This document shows positions 38,841 through 48,883 of a stretch of 64,000 nt of DNA, piece by piece. Position numbers and translations under genes: made by a program. The DNA is from an uncultured Methylomirabilota bacterium (GTDB taxonomy: Bacteria; Methylomirabilota; Methylomirabilia; Methylomirabilales; 2-02-FULL-66-22): contig CAWJSJ010000001.1 of the NCBI GenBank assembly GCA_963845565.1, positions 896,001-960,000 of the forward strand, written 5' to 3'. Position 1 is the first letter of the stretch, and each line of letters starts with the position of its first letter. The notes under the pieces are model-generated. The model was not told the DNA's origin. It ran no database searches and saw only the letters and a program-made list of their open reading frames with translations.

Positions 38841-40172
38841 TCACCACGCCCCGACGACTTGCTTCCCCAGGACCAGGGTCGGAAGCCACAGGGAAAGCCA
38901 CGGGATGTACGTGGTGAGAAGGAGCGCAGGGATGCCCACCAGGAAAAGGTAGATCAGCATCGGCCGGACCAGCATGCCATAGGGGACATTCGCCAAGCGT
39001 GTGCCCACGAAGATCGAGATCGCATACGGAGGTGTGACCACACCCAGGCCCACGTTGAAGACGATGACCGCCCCCAGATGAACCAGGTTCACACCGAGTT
39101 GCTGGGCGATCGGGACGAGCAGCGGCACCGCGATGATCAGGATGGGAATCCCGTCGATGAACATCCCCAGGATGAGCAGGAGAATGTTCATCATGAGCAG
39201 GACGGCATACTTGTTCTGGGAGATACCCAGGACGAAGTCTGTCATGACCTGGGCCAGGCCTTCCCGGATCAGAAGCCTGGTGAACACCGTCCCGAGCCCC
39301 AGGAGGAGCGTGATCATCCCCAGGGTCACCAGCGAGCTTTTCACGCCCCCCCACATCGAGGCAAAGTTCATTTCCCGATAGATCCAGAGTCCGACGAAGG
39401 CCGTGTACACGACGGCGACGGCCCCCGCCTCGTTGGGCGTGAAGATGCCGGCGTAGATACCCACGAGGACGACGAACGGGCACCCCAGGGCCGGGATGGC
39501 GCTGTAGAACGAGGTGCCGATTGCCGTCATGGATTCCCCGAACGTGGTGGGCAGGACCGGGACATCCTTCGCGGGCTGCATGTAGCGGTGGCAGATGACG
39601 GTGTTCACCAGGATGTAGCCAAAGGCGAGGATCAGGCCGGGAATCACGGTGGACAAGAACACGGCGGCGACGGACTGCTGCGCGACCAGGCAATACAGCA
39701 GTCCCGGGACACTGGGCGGGATGAGATATCCGAGAAAGCTCGACGAGCAGAGGACTGCCGCCGTGTAATGCCGCTGGAACCCATACTTTTCGAGCCGGGG
39801 CACGAGGAGCGGAATCAGCGCCCCGATGACCGGCAGCGACGACCCTGTCAGGGCGCCCATGAACACCGCGGCCACGATCCCGACGTCCACCAGGCCGCCC
39901 GGGACGCGCCCCACCAGCGCGTACGAGAGGCGGACGATGCGGTCGGCGATCCCGGATTCCGACAGGAGGCTTCCGGCGAAGATGAAGAACGCGATCGCCA
40001 TCAGAACATAGTTGTCGATGGCATGGTAGAACGTCCCCGCCATGAAGGAGGTGGACCCACTGATGAGCGCGATCGTCGTGAGGGTGCTGCCCAGGAAGAC
40101 CCAGCAGAGCGGTAGGCCGATCAGGATCCCGAGAAAGAAGACCGACAACCCGACGATGAGGCCGGCTTCCAT
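38841..40172 (-). CDS. dctM: TRAP transporter large permease
   Basis: LIPPS, GIFTPNEA, TPPY motifs; polytopic. Confidence 0.92.
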   Translation of the reverse strand: MEAGLIVGLSVFFLGILIGLPLCWVFLGSTLTTIALISGSTSFMAGTFYHAIDNYVLMAIAFFIFAGSLLSESGIADRIVRLSYALVGRVPGGLVDVGIVAAVFMGALTGSSLPVIGALIPLLVPRLEKYGFQRHYTAAVLCSSSFLGYLIPPSVPGLLYCLVAQQSVAAVFLSTVIPGLILAFGYILVNTVICHRYMQPAKDVPVLPTTFGESMTAIGTSFYSAIPALGCPFVVLVGIYAGIFTPNEAGAVAVVYTAFVGLWIYREMNFASMWGGVKSSLVTLGMITLLLGLGTVFTRLLIREGLAQVMTDFVLGISQNKYAVLLMMNILLLILGMFIDGIPILIIAVPLLVPIAQQLGVNLVHLGAVIVFNVGLGVVTPPYAISIFVGTRLANVPYGMLVRPMLIYLFLVGIPALLLTTYIPWLSLWLPTLVLGKQVVGAW

Positions 40173-40715
40173 CTATCGCTCCTCCTTTCGGGACCCTGTC
40201 CGAATCGCCTCGATGAGCTGTCCGATATCCCGGCGCGCGATGACCAACAGATGCAGCAGCACGAGCAGGAGGGACCAGAACACGAGGATCTGGAGCCAGC
40301 TGGTATTGAACCACCGCACCAGCGTCCCGTATTCGGGATACTCGATGGCGCGCTGCATGAACTTGTAGGCAACCGGAAGCAGGAGGCACAGAATGAAGAT
40401 GGAGAGGAACCGGAGGGTGACGCGGTAGACGGCTGCCGCGATCGGCCGCCCCTGGACCAGCCACTCGCGGAACATGTCCACCGCCACGTGGCCCTCGTTC
40501 CAGGTGGTGTAGGCAGCCGCGAGCAGCATGAAAAAGACAAACATATAGAGGGCCAGGTCGTTGAGTATCATGATCTCAAAGTGCAGAATGTACCGATTGA
40601 TCACCTGGGCGAAGATGAGCAGTGTCGTGATGATGAGCCCCACCCCACAGATCACCGTCTCAGCCGACTTGATCGCGCCGAGGGCCCTGCTCCCGATCCC
40701 CTGTCGCTGCTCCAT
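40173..40715 (-). CDS. dctQ: TRAP transporter small permease
   Basis: 4 TM, QVINRY, GHVAVD; lies between dctP and dctM. Confidence 0.9.
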   Translation of the reverse strand: MEQRQGIGSRALGAIKSAETVICGVGLIITTLLIFAQVINRYILHFEIMILNDLALYMFVFFMLLAAAYTTWNEGHVAVDMFREWLVQGRPIAAAVYRVTLRFLSIFILCLLLPVAYKFMQRAIEYPEYGTLVRWFNTSWLQILVFWSLLLVLLHLLVIARRDIGQLIEAIRTGSRKEER

Positions 40716-40857
40716 GCTTGGACCCCTCCGTTCATCGGCGACACCATTGCCTCCAGCCACCCCGACGGGCTGTGCATCCGCGCTGGCCACGCGATCCCCC
40801 CTGCCGCCCGGCTGTCCGGACGGCAAGGGCACCTCAGACGGCCCAGGCGCGTAGCGC

Positions 40858-41934
40858 TTAGCGCTTCGCGCCCGCAATCTTGTCGAGTTCGGCCATGACC
40901 TTCTCGGTCATGTTCTGGCCGGGATACTTCTTGTCGAGCCAGGGCGTCGCCAGCTCCTTCCAGACCGCCGGCATGTTGGCCTTCTTCCGGAAGACGTCCC
41001 GCTCGGCCACCGTCGGCTGGAAGATCTGAATGCCGGCGCTGCTCAGCTTCTTCTTGTACTCCTCTATGACGGCCTGCATCTCCTTCATATCGCGGGCCTC
41101 GGCCTCCTTGCCGGCCCGCAAAAGCACGTCTTTGAGATCCTGGGGAAGCGTGTCCCAGGTCTTGCGGGTGATGGTGATGCTGTTGGCATCCCAACCCCAA
41201 GCAAGATCCGTGTAGTACTTGAGGACCTCGTAATGCCGCTCCTCGACGAGGGAAGGCCAGAGACTCCAGGCGCCGTCCACGACGCCCGTCTGGAGGGCAT
41301 TGTAGATGTCCGCCCAGGGCAGGGTCTGCAGCGTCATCCCCGACCCCTTGCCCATGTTCTCCAGGGTCCGGACGAATCCGAGCGAGCCGGACACCCGCAG
41401 CTTCAGCTTGCTGAAATCGTCCGGGGTCTTGAGCGGCCGGGTTCGGTTCCCGATGCCGTACGCCCCTTGGTGCGTGGTCCAGATCGGTTTGTGTCCGACT
41501 TCCGCGTAGGCGTCATCCATGATCTTGTAGATCACGCCGGTGCCGGGAGCGTAGGCCACCAGGGCTTCCTGAAACGTGCCGACGGTCCAGGGCATCCAGT
41601 TCAGCATGCCGCCGGGCACCAGGTTCACGTACGGGGACACCACCGTCATGTCGACGCTCCCCTCACGCACGGCGTGGAAGAGCTCGTCGTGAGTCCCCAG
41701 CAGTCCGCTGTGCTGGAACCGGATCTGGATCCGGCCGTTCGAGTACTTGTTCACCAGCTCGGTAAAAAGCTGGACAGATTCGTTCCGGGTCTTCTGCGTC
41801 CAGGCGCTACCAGCTCGCCAACGATACTCCGGCTGCCCCGCGTCAGCCAGGGCGGGCATGACAACCCAAGCCAGGAAGATCACCGCTACCAGAACGACCC
41901 ACATGCCTCCCTGTCGTGCGCATCTCGCTGTCAT
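40858..41934 (-). CDS. dctP: TRAP transporter substrate-binding protein
   Basis: Signal peptide, SNGRIQI, LKLRV, IYNALQTGVVDG. Confidence 0.92.
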   Translation of the reverse strand: MTARCARQGGMWVVLVAVIFLAWVVMPALADAGQPEYRWRAGSAWTQKTRNESVQLFTELVNKYSNGRIQIRFQHSGLLGTHDELFHAVREGSVDMTVVSPYVNLVPGGMLNWMPWTVGTFQEALVAYAPGTGVIYKIMDDAYAEVGHKPIWTTHQGAYGIGNRTRPLKTPDDFSKLKLRVSGSLGFVRTLENMGKGSGMTLQTLPWADIYNALQTGVVDGAWSLWPSLVEERHYEVLKYYTDLAWGWDANSITITRKTWDTLPQDLKDVLLRAGKEAEARDMKEMQAVIEEYKKKLSSAGIQIFQPTVAERDVFRKKANMPAVWKELATPWLDKKYPGQNMTEKVMAELDKIAGAKR

Positions 41935-42594
41935 GTCTCTCTCCTTTTCCTTGATGGTGGAATGCCCGCATCGACCCGCCGAATCCGCCATCCGCCTCTT
42001 CTTCACCTCAACCGCCGCGGCACGAACCCCGCCGGGACCGAGACTGACGCGTCTCTCCGTCGGTGGGCTCTCTCGTGACACCGGTCGCGAAACCGCTTCC
42101 CCTCCGGCATCTCAGACCCTCGGATGCACTGCTCGGCCGATGTACAGGGGGTAGGAAACGTACTGTCTGTTCCATAGGAACGTGGTACGTGGAAAGCCCG
42201 GGCGGCGAGGCTCGGCGGCGCAATCGCCGGAACGGCATCCTCACCCCCGGGAGTAGCGGATCACGCGGGGCGGGCGGCGTTCCCCAGGACCGGAACCGGG
42301 ATATTTGTCAAGCTATCACAGGGTGGGGGGGCGATGTCAAGGCTTCCAGAAAGCTCGTCACTCCGGCCCGCCACGCGGTCGGGCCCCGAACCGGACGTCG
42401 TGAAGCCGGGCTCCGACGCTCGGCCTGCGCGCACGTCGGGATATTCCTAGACATTTCCCGGCGGCTTTTGCTTAAATGGGTCCTCGGTTGGGGAGGCTCG
42501 TGACCCTCGCGACGGGTCGTTCTCGGGGGCGGGATCTTGGGCGACGGTGCAGCAGGAATCGGCGGCAGCGTTCATCCACAGAAAGGAGATGGTC

Positions 42595-43377
42595 ATGGGA
42601 GTCCTGGATCGTTTTCGTCTCGACGGAAAGCGCCTCTTCGTCACCGGGGGGAGTCGAGGGCTCGGCCGCGAGATGGCACTCGCGATTGCCGACGCGGGCG
42701 CCGACGTAGTGCTGGTCGGCCGCGACCTCGCCAGCCTGGAGAAGACCGCCGCTGACATTCGCGCCCTGGGCCGGAACGCCTGGACTATCCAGGGGGATGC
42801 GGGCGTCCCCACTGAGTGCGAGCGAATCTGCCGCACCGCCCTTGACGACTTCGGTCCGATCGACATCCTGATCAACAACGTTGGCGGGCGGCGCGTCAAT
42901 GTCCCGACGCAGGACATGCCACTGGACACGTGGCGTCAGATGCTGGACCTGAATCTGACGAGCACCTTTCTGTGTACGAAGCTGATCGGCGGGGCCATGG
43001 TGACCCGGGGGAAGGGCGGACGGATAATCAACATCGCTTCGATCAACGCCCTCGTGGCCAATCGCGGGATCGCCGGCCGCCACTACGAAACGGCCAAAGC
43101 CGCCGTCCTGCAGTTCACTCGCGCGACCGCCGCCGATTGGGCCCCCCTTGGCATCACCGTCAACGCCATCCTGCCGGGCGGATTCCTGACCGAGGCGAAT
43201 CTGCGCTGGGTCAGGGAGGCCCCCGCGGTCATCGAGACATTCAAGGCCCAGATCCCGATGGGGGACCTCGGCAAACCGGAGGACGTCGGCCCCTTGGCCG
43301 TGTACCTGGCGAGCGACGCCTCGCGCTACATGACAGGCGCGGCCCTCATCATCGACGGCGGCTACACACTCTGGTAA
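42595..43377 (+). CDS. Classical SDR oxidoreductase (gluconate-5-dehydrogenase/KduD-like)
   Basis: TGGSRGLG, DILINNVG, YETAK, DGGYT. Confidence 0.92.
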   Translation: MGVLDRFRLDGKRLFVTGGSRGLGREMALAIADAGADVVLVGRDLASLEKTAADIRALGRNAWTIQGDAGVPTECERICRTALDDFGPIDILINNVGGRRVNVPTQDMPLDTWRQMLDLNLTSTFLCTKLIGGAMVTRGKGGRIINIASINALVANRGIAGRHYETAKAAVLQFTRATAADWAPLGITVNAILPGGFLTEANLRWVREAPAVIETFKAQIPMGDLGKPEDVGPLAVYLASDASRYMTGAALIIDGGYTLW

Positions 43378-43430
43378 TCCGCTGCGGATACGGTTTCACG
43401 GTGTCCTCGTCAGAACCACCAAGGTCAAGA

Positions 43431-43459
43431 ACGGGTTACGCGATTCTCGCGTAACCCGT
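43431..43459. terminator. Perfect 12-bp hairpin between convergent genes
   Basis: ACGGGTTACGCG-ATTCT-CGCGTAACCCGT; no clear U-tract. Confidence 0.5.
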
Positions 43460-43558
43460 CGTCGCCTGGCGTGGCACCTGGGGGTGGTTCCCCAGGACTA
43501 GCGGTGGAGCCACCGCCGAGGAGCGCGCGCCCGTATCGCCTAGATCCACCTGTCGCGC

Positions 43559-44068
43559 TCAGCGCGCCAGATGCTGGGTCGGAGAGCAGGCGTCCCGCAC
43601 CATGTTGGTGCGCGTTTGCGCGTACAGACGCGGACCGACCATCGGGGGACCCGCCACCATGGCGGTATCGTACTCGTAGCTAAAGAGGTACTGGTAAAAG
43701 AGATCGACGCGGGCCTCGGTCCCCACGGTTCGCAGATCGAGTTGAAAGGGCGACCGCTGGTTGGTGAAGATCTGGACGTCCCGGGCCTTCCCTGCGGCCT
43801 CGGCAGTCTGCCGGTTCTGCGCGTCCACGCCCACCAGCTGCAACTCCAGGTAGCGGATCGGCTGCGCCTGCCACGGGCTGTGGGCCACCCCCTCGACCCG
43901 GAGCCCACCGGACGCCGGCTGGAGGCAATTCCAGAGCAGCACCAGCTCCGAGTTGGCCGTCCGATGCATGAACACTTCCGGAGGCGCCCCCGTGCCCGGC
44001 GTGTTCACCGCCACGCAGGACGTGACGCCCATCGCGACCCCCACGAGCAACACCGCATAGCGCATCAT
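43559..44068 (-). CDS. Putative lipoprotein, hypothetical
   Basis: MMRYAVLLVGVAMGVTSC lipobox; GGAGG RBS. Confidence 0.75.
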   Translation of the reverse strand: MMRYAVLLVGVAMGVTSCVAVNTPGTGAPPEVFMHRTANSELVLLWNCLQPASGGLRVEGVAHSPWQAQPIRYLELQLVGVDAQNRQTAEAAGKARDVQIFTNQRSPFQLDLRTVGTEARVDLFYQYLFSYEYDTAMVAGPPMVGPRLYAQTRTNMVRDACSPTQHLAR

Positions 44069-44276
44069 GGTCGACCTCCTGTTCCGCCCGCCCGCCACGT
44101 GGCGTCCCGGGTGCCCTCCGCACCGTCCGTTGCGCTTCTCGGTTGCGCCAGCCGTGCCCGCGTGGCGATACGCGCCTTGCGTTTCTCTCCCGTCTGGTCC
44201 CCAGTGCCCCTGCTTGTGGATACTTTACCGCCGATCCCGGGAACAGCGCAAGCCCGATGGCGCGGAAACGCAACCG

Positions 44277-46499
44277 TCAGCGCGAGGCGGCGGCGATCAG
44301 GAGGTCCTGCGACTGGCGGTCGAGGGTGACGAAATAGGCGCTGTAGCCGGTGACCCGAACCACGAGTCCCCGATACGTTTCGGGCTCGCGCTGTGCGGCG
44401 CGGAGCGTCTCCGCGTTGACGATGTTGATCTGCAGGTGCTGGCCGCCGAGGCCGAAGTAGGTTTCGATCAGGTCGCCCAGATGCTTCGTCCCCTCGGGTC
44501 CGGAGAAGAGCGTGGGGTGGAGCGTCAGGGTCTGTCCGCCGCTCGGCGTCAGATGAAGCGGCAATTTGGCCAGCGAACGGAGCGTCGCCGTCGGCCCCAG
44601 CCGATCGCGCCCCGGCGCCGGCCCCTGGTTCTCGCTCGTCGGCGTGCCGGCCAGGCGTCCGTCGGGCGTCGCCCCGGCCATATGCCCGATCCATTTGAAG
44701 CGGTGATAGGTATAGATGCCCGGCCAGCAGGCGCCGACGATCGGGTCGGCATGTTTCAGCACCTCCCCGCAGAAGCACTCGGCGATCTCCGTGGCGATGG
44801 CGTCGGCCTCGTCATCGTCGTTGCCGAACTTCGGATACCGATGCAGCAGCCGCTGCCGCAGGATCTCCTTGCCCGCAAAGTTGGTGGCCAGCGCGTCGCG
44901 GAGCTCGTCGAGGGTCAGCCAGCGTTCCTCGTAGACCGCCTTCTTGAGCACCACCAGAGAATCCGCGACGGTGCCCAACCCCCCGGCGTAATTGTTGTGA
45001 TGGACGTATCGCGCTCCGCCGTGGTTCGCGTCCCGGCCCCGCGCCATGCAGTCGTGTACCAGGGCCGACTCAAAACAGAACGGCCGATGGGCCAGATAGT
45101 CCTCGGTGTAATACCGCCGTTTCAGGGCCACCGCCCGCGCCACGTCGTCTGCGATCTGCACCTTCATCGCCCGCATGAGGTCGGCGAACGTGTGCAGTTC
45201 CTCCGGCTCTCCCGTCGCCGGTCCCGCGTACACCTCGTCGATCGCGTAGGTGGGGCTGTGCTCCCGCAGCTCGTTCTCGAGGCGAAGCGGTTTGACCGGA
45301 TAGGGATCGCGGCCATTGTTCAGCGCCAGCTCGAGAGACTTGACGAGGCTGTGCTGGTACTCCCGCAGCTGGGGCTCCCAGCCCGGCAGGTGTGGGTTGC
45401 AACAGCCGTAGTGCACGTACCCACGCGCAACGTCCAGGGGGATGCCCAGATTCCTCAGGGACGCAATCACGACGTCGTCGTGATAGATCCCGATGCTCGC
45501 CCCCCGACGGACCGCATCGCAGACCGCGTGCCAGAACATGCGGTCGATGCCGGCATGGTAGCGAACGGTGAGGGTCGGCTCCTTGAGCCGCAGGCCGTCG
45601 ATCGCCTCCAGGCAGAGGGCCGACAGCTCGTTGGTGGCGTCCCTCCCGGCGTCCGTCTGGCCGCCGACCACCAGGTACTGCACGCTGTCTTTGCAGGGAG
45701 ACCGTTTCATCGGCGTGGTGTAGTGATCGTGGATGCCGATGAAAGCATTCATCTTCACAAACATACACTGCAGGAGCTCCAGCGCCTCCTCGCGCGTGAG
45801 CACACCGGCGGCGATGTCCTGACGATAGAAGGGGAGCAGGTATTGATCGAGACGACCCACCGAGTAATCGCGCGCCCCACACACGGCGTGCAGAACGAAG
45901 TCGAGGAACCAGACCGACTGCACCGCCTCGTGGAACGAGCGCGCGGGCAGGCCGGGCACCCGGCGGCAGACGGCCGCCATGCGCGCCAGTTCCGCCCGAC
46001 GGGCGGCATCGGCGGTCGCCTCCGCCATCCGGGCGGCCGCCTCGGCGTATCGCGCCGCGAGGGCGACGACCGCCCGGCAGCAGATGGCGATGGCCTCCCA
46101 GAACTCGCGGCGCGGGTCGGCGTCCTCCGCATCGGACGTCAGGGCGGCGACGCGTTCCTCGGCCTCGCGCGCGAGGCCAAGCAGGCCGCGCTCCAGGAGC
46201 ACCTCCCAGGCCGGGGTCAGGTGGCCCCGGGTGCGGAACCAGCGCGGCTGGAAGTACTCGTCATGCAGCGTGACGAAGAGGGCTTCCTCGTCCGGGGAGA
46301 GCAGGATTTCCGGGGGCTCGCCGACGATCAGGTCGTCCTCGCCGATCACCACGGACATCGTCTCCGCGATCTCCCGCATGGCGAGGGCATAGAGACGGGT
46401 GGGCCGCTCGCGACCGTGTTTCTCGTGGGCCTGGCGCAGCGCAAGTACGCGTTCCCAGAACACGGTGCGATCGTCGACGGTAAACAGGCGCTCCCTCAT
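44277..46499 (-). CDS. Glycyl radical enzyme (PFL-like superfamily) with atypical GCCNP Cys loop
   Basis: GHLTP, PARSFHEAVQ, GRLDQYL, VGGQ..GRDATNELS, PKFGNDDD, ATPDGRLAG, C-terminal LVVRVTGYSAYF glycyl loop; GGAGG RBS. Confidence 0.93.
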   Translation of the reverse strand: MRERLFTVDDRTVFWERVLALRQAHEKHGRERPTRLYALAMREIAETMSVVIGEDDLIVGEPPEILLSPDEEALFVTLHDEYFQPRWFRTRGHLTPAWEVLLERGLLGLAREAEERVAALTSDAEDADPRREFWEAIAICCRAVVALAARYAEAAARMAEATADAARRAELARMAAVCRRVPGLPARSFHEAVQSVWFLDFVLHAVCGARDYSVGRLDQYLLPFYRQDIAAGVLTREEALELLQCMFVKMNAFIGIHDHYTTPMKRSPCKDSVQYLVVGGQTDAGRDATNELSALCLEAIDGLRLKEPTLTVRYHAGIDRMFWHAVCDAVRRGASIGIYHDDVVIASLRNLGIPLDVARGYVHYGCCNPHLPGWEPQLREYQHSLVKSLELALNNGRDPYPVKPLRLENELREHSPTYAIDEVYAGPATGEPEELHTFADLMRAMKVQIADDVARAVALKRRYYTEDYLAHRPFCFESALVHDCMARGRDANHGGARYVHHNNYAGGLGTVADSLVVLKKAVYEERWLTLDELRDALATNFAGKEILRQRLLHRYPKFGNDDDEADAIATEIAECFCGEVLKHADPIVGACWPGIYTYHRFKWIGHMAGATPDGRLAGTPTSENQGPAPGRDRLGPTATLRSLAKLPLHLTPSGGQTLTLHPTLFSGPEGTKHLGDLIETYFGLGGQHLQINIVNAETLRAAQREPETYRGLVVRVTGYSAYFVTLDRQSQDLLIAAASR

Positions 46500-46680
46500 C
46501 CGGGCAATACGGCCTCCAGCACATCCCGGCGAAACCCGCGGTCGTCGCTCAGGGGGGACCCCTAAGACTTTTTGCATCGCACCCGCCTTCACAGAGCGCT
46601 CCTGCCTGTGGCTCTGCGCTCTGCCCTGACCGTGAGCCGATTCACTGCTCAGACCCAGACTATACACTAGCAACCGGACA

Positions 46681-46694
46681 ATGTACGAGTACAT
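46681..46694. promoter_or_regulatory. Palindromic operator upstream of the GRE gene
   Basis: ATGTAC-GA-GTACAT, upstream of a minus-strand TATAGT -10 candidate. Confidence 0.5.
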
Positions 46695-46861
46695 CGTTCC
46701 GCTTCAATAGGACGTACAACCCTCGTCGCTCAGAAACCTGTCACGACAGGTGGCTCCCCAGGGGACTTTGCGGGGCGCAGGGAGAATTTGCACTTGACAC
46801 CGGGACTCCGTTCGGCAGGCTTGTGTTGTGAGTCTCGCGCGCATATCACGGGAGGGGCACC

Positions 46862-47107
46862 ATGCGATACATCGTTCTCGCCTGCCTGATGAGCCTCGGT
46901 GTCGGCCTGATTGCCTTCGGGTTCGTCGCCACCGGGGGCGACCATCTCGCATCCTTCGATCCACACCACCCAGCCACGTTCCTCCCGAGCCTGGAGAGCC
47001 GCCTCCGCGCATTCCACACCGCTGCGGGCGAACTGCTGACAAATGTTGTCGAGGAGGCCATTGCGCCCTACCGCGAGGGATTCCGGCACCATTGGCAGGC
47101 GCGCTAA
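46862..47107 (+). CDS. Small membrane/secreted hypothetical protein
   Basis: GGAGG RBS, N-terminal hydrophobic helix, upstream TTGACA. Confidence 0.55.
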   Translation: MRYIVLACLMSLGVGLIAFGFVATGGDHLASFDPHHPATFLPSLESRLRAFHTAAGELLTNVVEEAIAPYREGFRHHWQAR

Positions 47108-47207
47108 CCTTTGGGCGACGGCGCCCACGATACCCGCCGAATACCGTTGACGATTTCGATTGACACCCCCCGGATCCGTCCCGCACCATGTGTGTCGGAG
47201 GTGCAGT

Positions 47208-47534
47208 ATGAACGTCCTTTCTTCCTTGACTCATCACTCGCCTTCGCACAGGCGGCCGGGCAGCCTGTGTCTCTACTGGTTCGGGACCGCGATCTGCTTC
47301 GTCGGGTTCCTCATCCTGGCGCGGGACGGCCTGACCTGGTTCGGCCAGGGAGAGCGCGTGGAATTCGCGATCACGACGCTTTCGAGCATCCTGCCCTCCC
47401 TCCCTCACATCAGCGCACCCACAGCCTGGCACCAGTTGCTGCAGGGGACCCGTGACTTCTGCGGGGTCACCCCGCTCTCGCTCCTCCTCCTGGTACTGGG
47501 CTGGTGCGCTCGGACCCTGGCGAACGTCGGGTGA
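47208..47534 (+). CDS. Small 2-TM hypothetical protein
   Basis: GGAGGT RBS, two hydrophobic segments. Confidence 0.6.
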   Translation: MNVLSSLTHHSPSHRRPGSLCLYWFGTAICFVGFLILARDGLTWFGQGERVEFAITTLSSILPSLPHISAPTAWHQLLQGTRDFCGVTPLSLLLLVLGWCARTLANVG

Positions 47535-47857
47535 GACGTGCCCAGAAGTCCGCGCACGCTGACGCGGACCAGGCCTCCGCCAGCGCGGACTAGCAGGCGG
47601 GCCTACCTCGACTGCTGCTCCACGCGCCCTCGGCCCCCGGGTGTCACCCCCACACGCAATCCTCTCGTGCCCTGTGTCCTGCGATCTTCGTGCGCTCCAC
47701 CCTTACCCGCCAGCGCCACCACCTCGCGCGGAGAATCCCCGCGGTAAGCGCGGCGGCGCGTCAGTCGGCGCGTTCATGTCCGGCGCATCCGTTGACGCTG
47801 GCGCGGTGCAGTGTTACCCTGCGACCGTCTGTCACCGGCGCGATACAGGAGGGTGCC

Positions 47858-48364
47858 ATGCGCTTCTTCTCCCACCGTTTCGTGCGTCGAATTGTCGTCG
47901 CCGTGATCCTGCTCCTCCCGGCCATCCCAGCGCGGGCTGGTGACAATCCGTGGGAACGCACGACCCTCAAAGGGATCAAACACGTGGCCGTGCTGGTCGA
48001 GGACGTTAGTCCGGACATGGCGCAGGACGGCCTCACAAGATCCCAAATCCGGACCGAGGTCGAGTCACGCCTCCGACAATCGGGCATCACGGTCGTTCCC
48101 TCCTCGCCAGACTTCCTCTACGTGCGAGTCGGTACCTGGAAAATCCCGGGCTCTCCCGCTTATGCTGTCTCCATTACGGTAGAATTCCGTCAACAAGTAA
48201 GCCTCGTTCGTGATTCCACGATCCCCATGGCTTCGACCGCGACGTGGGGTGTCGATGCGCTTGGGGCATTCGGCAGCGACCGCCTTCGTGAGATCCGGCC
48301 GCACGTGATCGACAACGTAGACAAGTTCATCAGCGCCTTCCTCGAACAGAACCCCAAACAGTAG
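47858..48364 (+). CDS. Secreted hypothetical protein, paralog 1
   Basis: Signal peptide; paralogous to 49297-49827 (shared RQ.V.L.RD, ATW, VD.FI.A...QNPKQ). Confidence 0.8.
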   Translation: MRFFSHRFVRRIVVAVILLLPAIPARAGDNPWERTTLKGIKHVAVLVEDVSPDMAQDGLTRSQIRTEVESRLRQSGITVVPSSPDFLYVRVGTWKIPGSPAYAVSITVEFRQQVSLVRDSTIPMASTATWGVDALGAFGSDRLREIRPHVIDNVDKFISAFLEQNPKQ

Positions 48365-48631
48365 TCTGCATCATTCCCGGTCCCGATAACCGCACGCAAC
48401 ATGGACTTCGATCGGAGGATCGCCTCGACCAGGTCGGCGGCGTGTGCGGCGCCTCGGCCCTCGCGTCCCCCGTCTTCTCAGTGATGACGATGGACACCTC
48501 GCGCAGCGAACCCACATGATGACGTGGCGAGGCAGTGGGGTCGGTTTGGATTGTTTGCAAGGAGCGAGACATACTTGAGGTTTCAGTTCCGAATTAACGG
48601 GTAACAGTAAGAAACAAGGCGGTTCATCACT

Positions 48632-48775
48632 CTAAAGGGGCGCACATTCGGCTTGTTCCTGGAGGGTCGCCAGTCGGTATAGGTCGGCATCGGTCATCGC
48701 TCCAGCGGGTTGCGACGCAGAAGCAGGGCCGCGCCTTTCATCAGCAGCGGGATTAACCCGGGGCGAGTCCGTCAT
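48632..48775 (-). CDS. Putative 47-aa small protein
   Basis: GGAGGAG RBS directly before ATG; MTDSPRVNPAADERRGPASASQPAGAMTDADLYRLATLQEQAECAPL. Confidence 0.3.
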   Translation of the reverse strand: MTDSPRVNPAADERRGPASASQPAGAMTDADLYRLATLQEQAECAPL

Positions 48776-48883
48776 GCTCCTCCTGCGGGCCACACGTTTG
48801 CGGTTGACAACTGGAATCCGTTCGTCACGCTACGGCCGTCATCTGCTCACACAACGCACAACGGAGGACCGGAGGACAGGGAC

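Noticed and set aside
44277..46499. Annotation as pflB
   Set aside because: It lacks the ACCVS loop context and an adjacent pflA; the overall motifs resemble non-PFL GREs.
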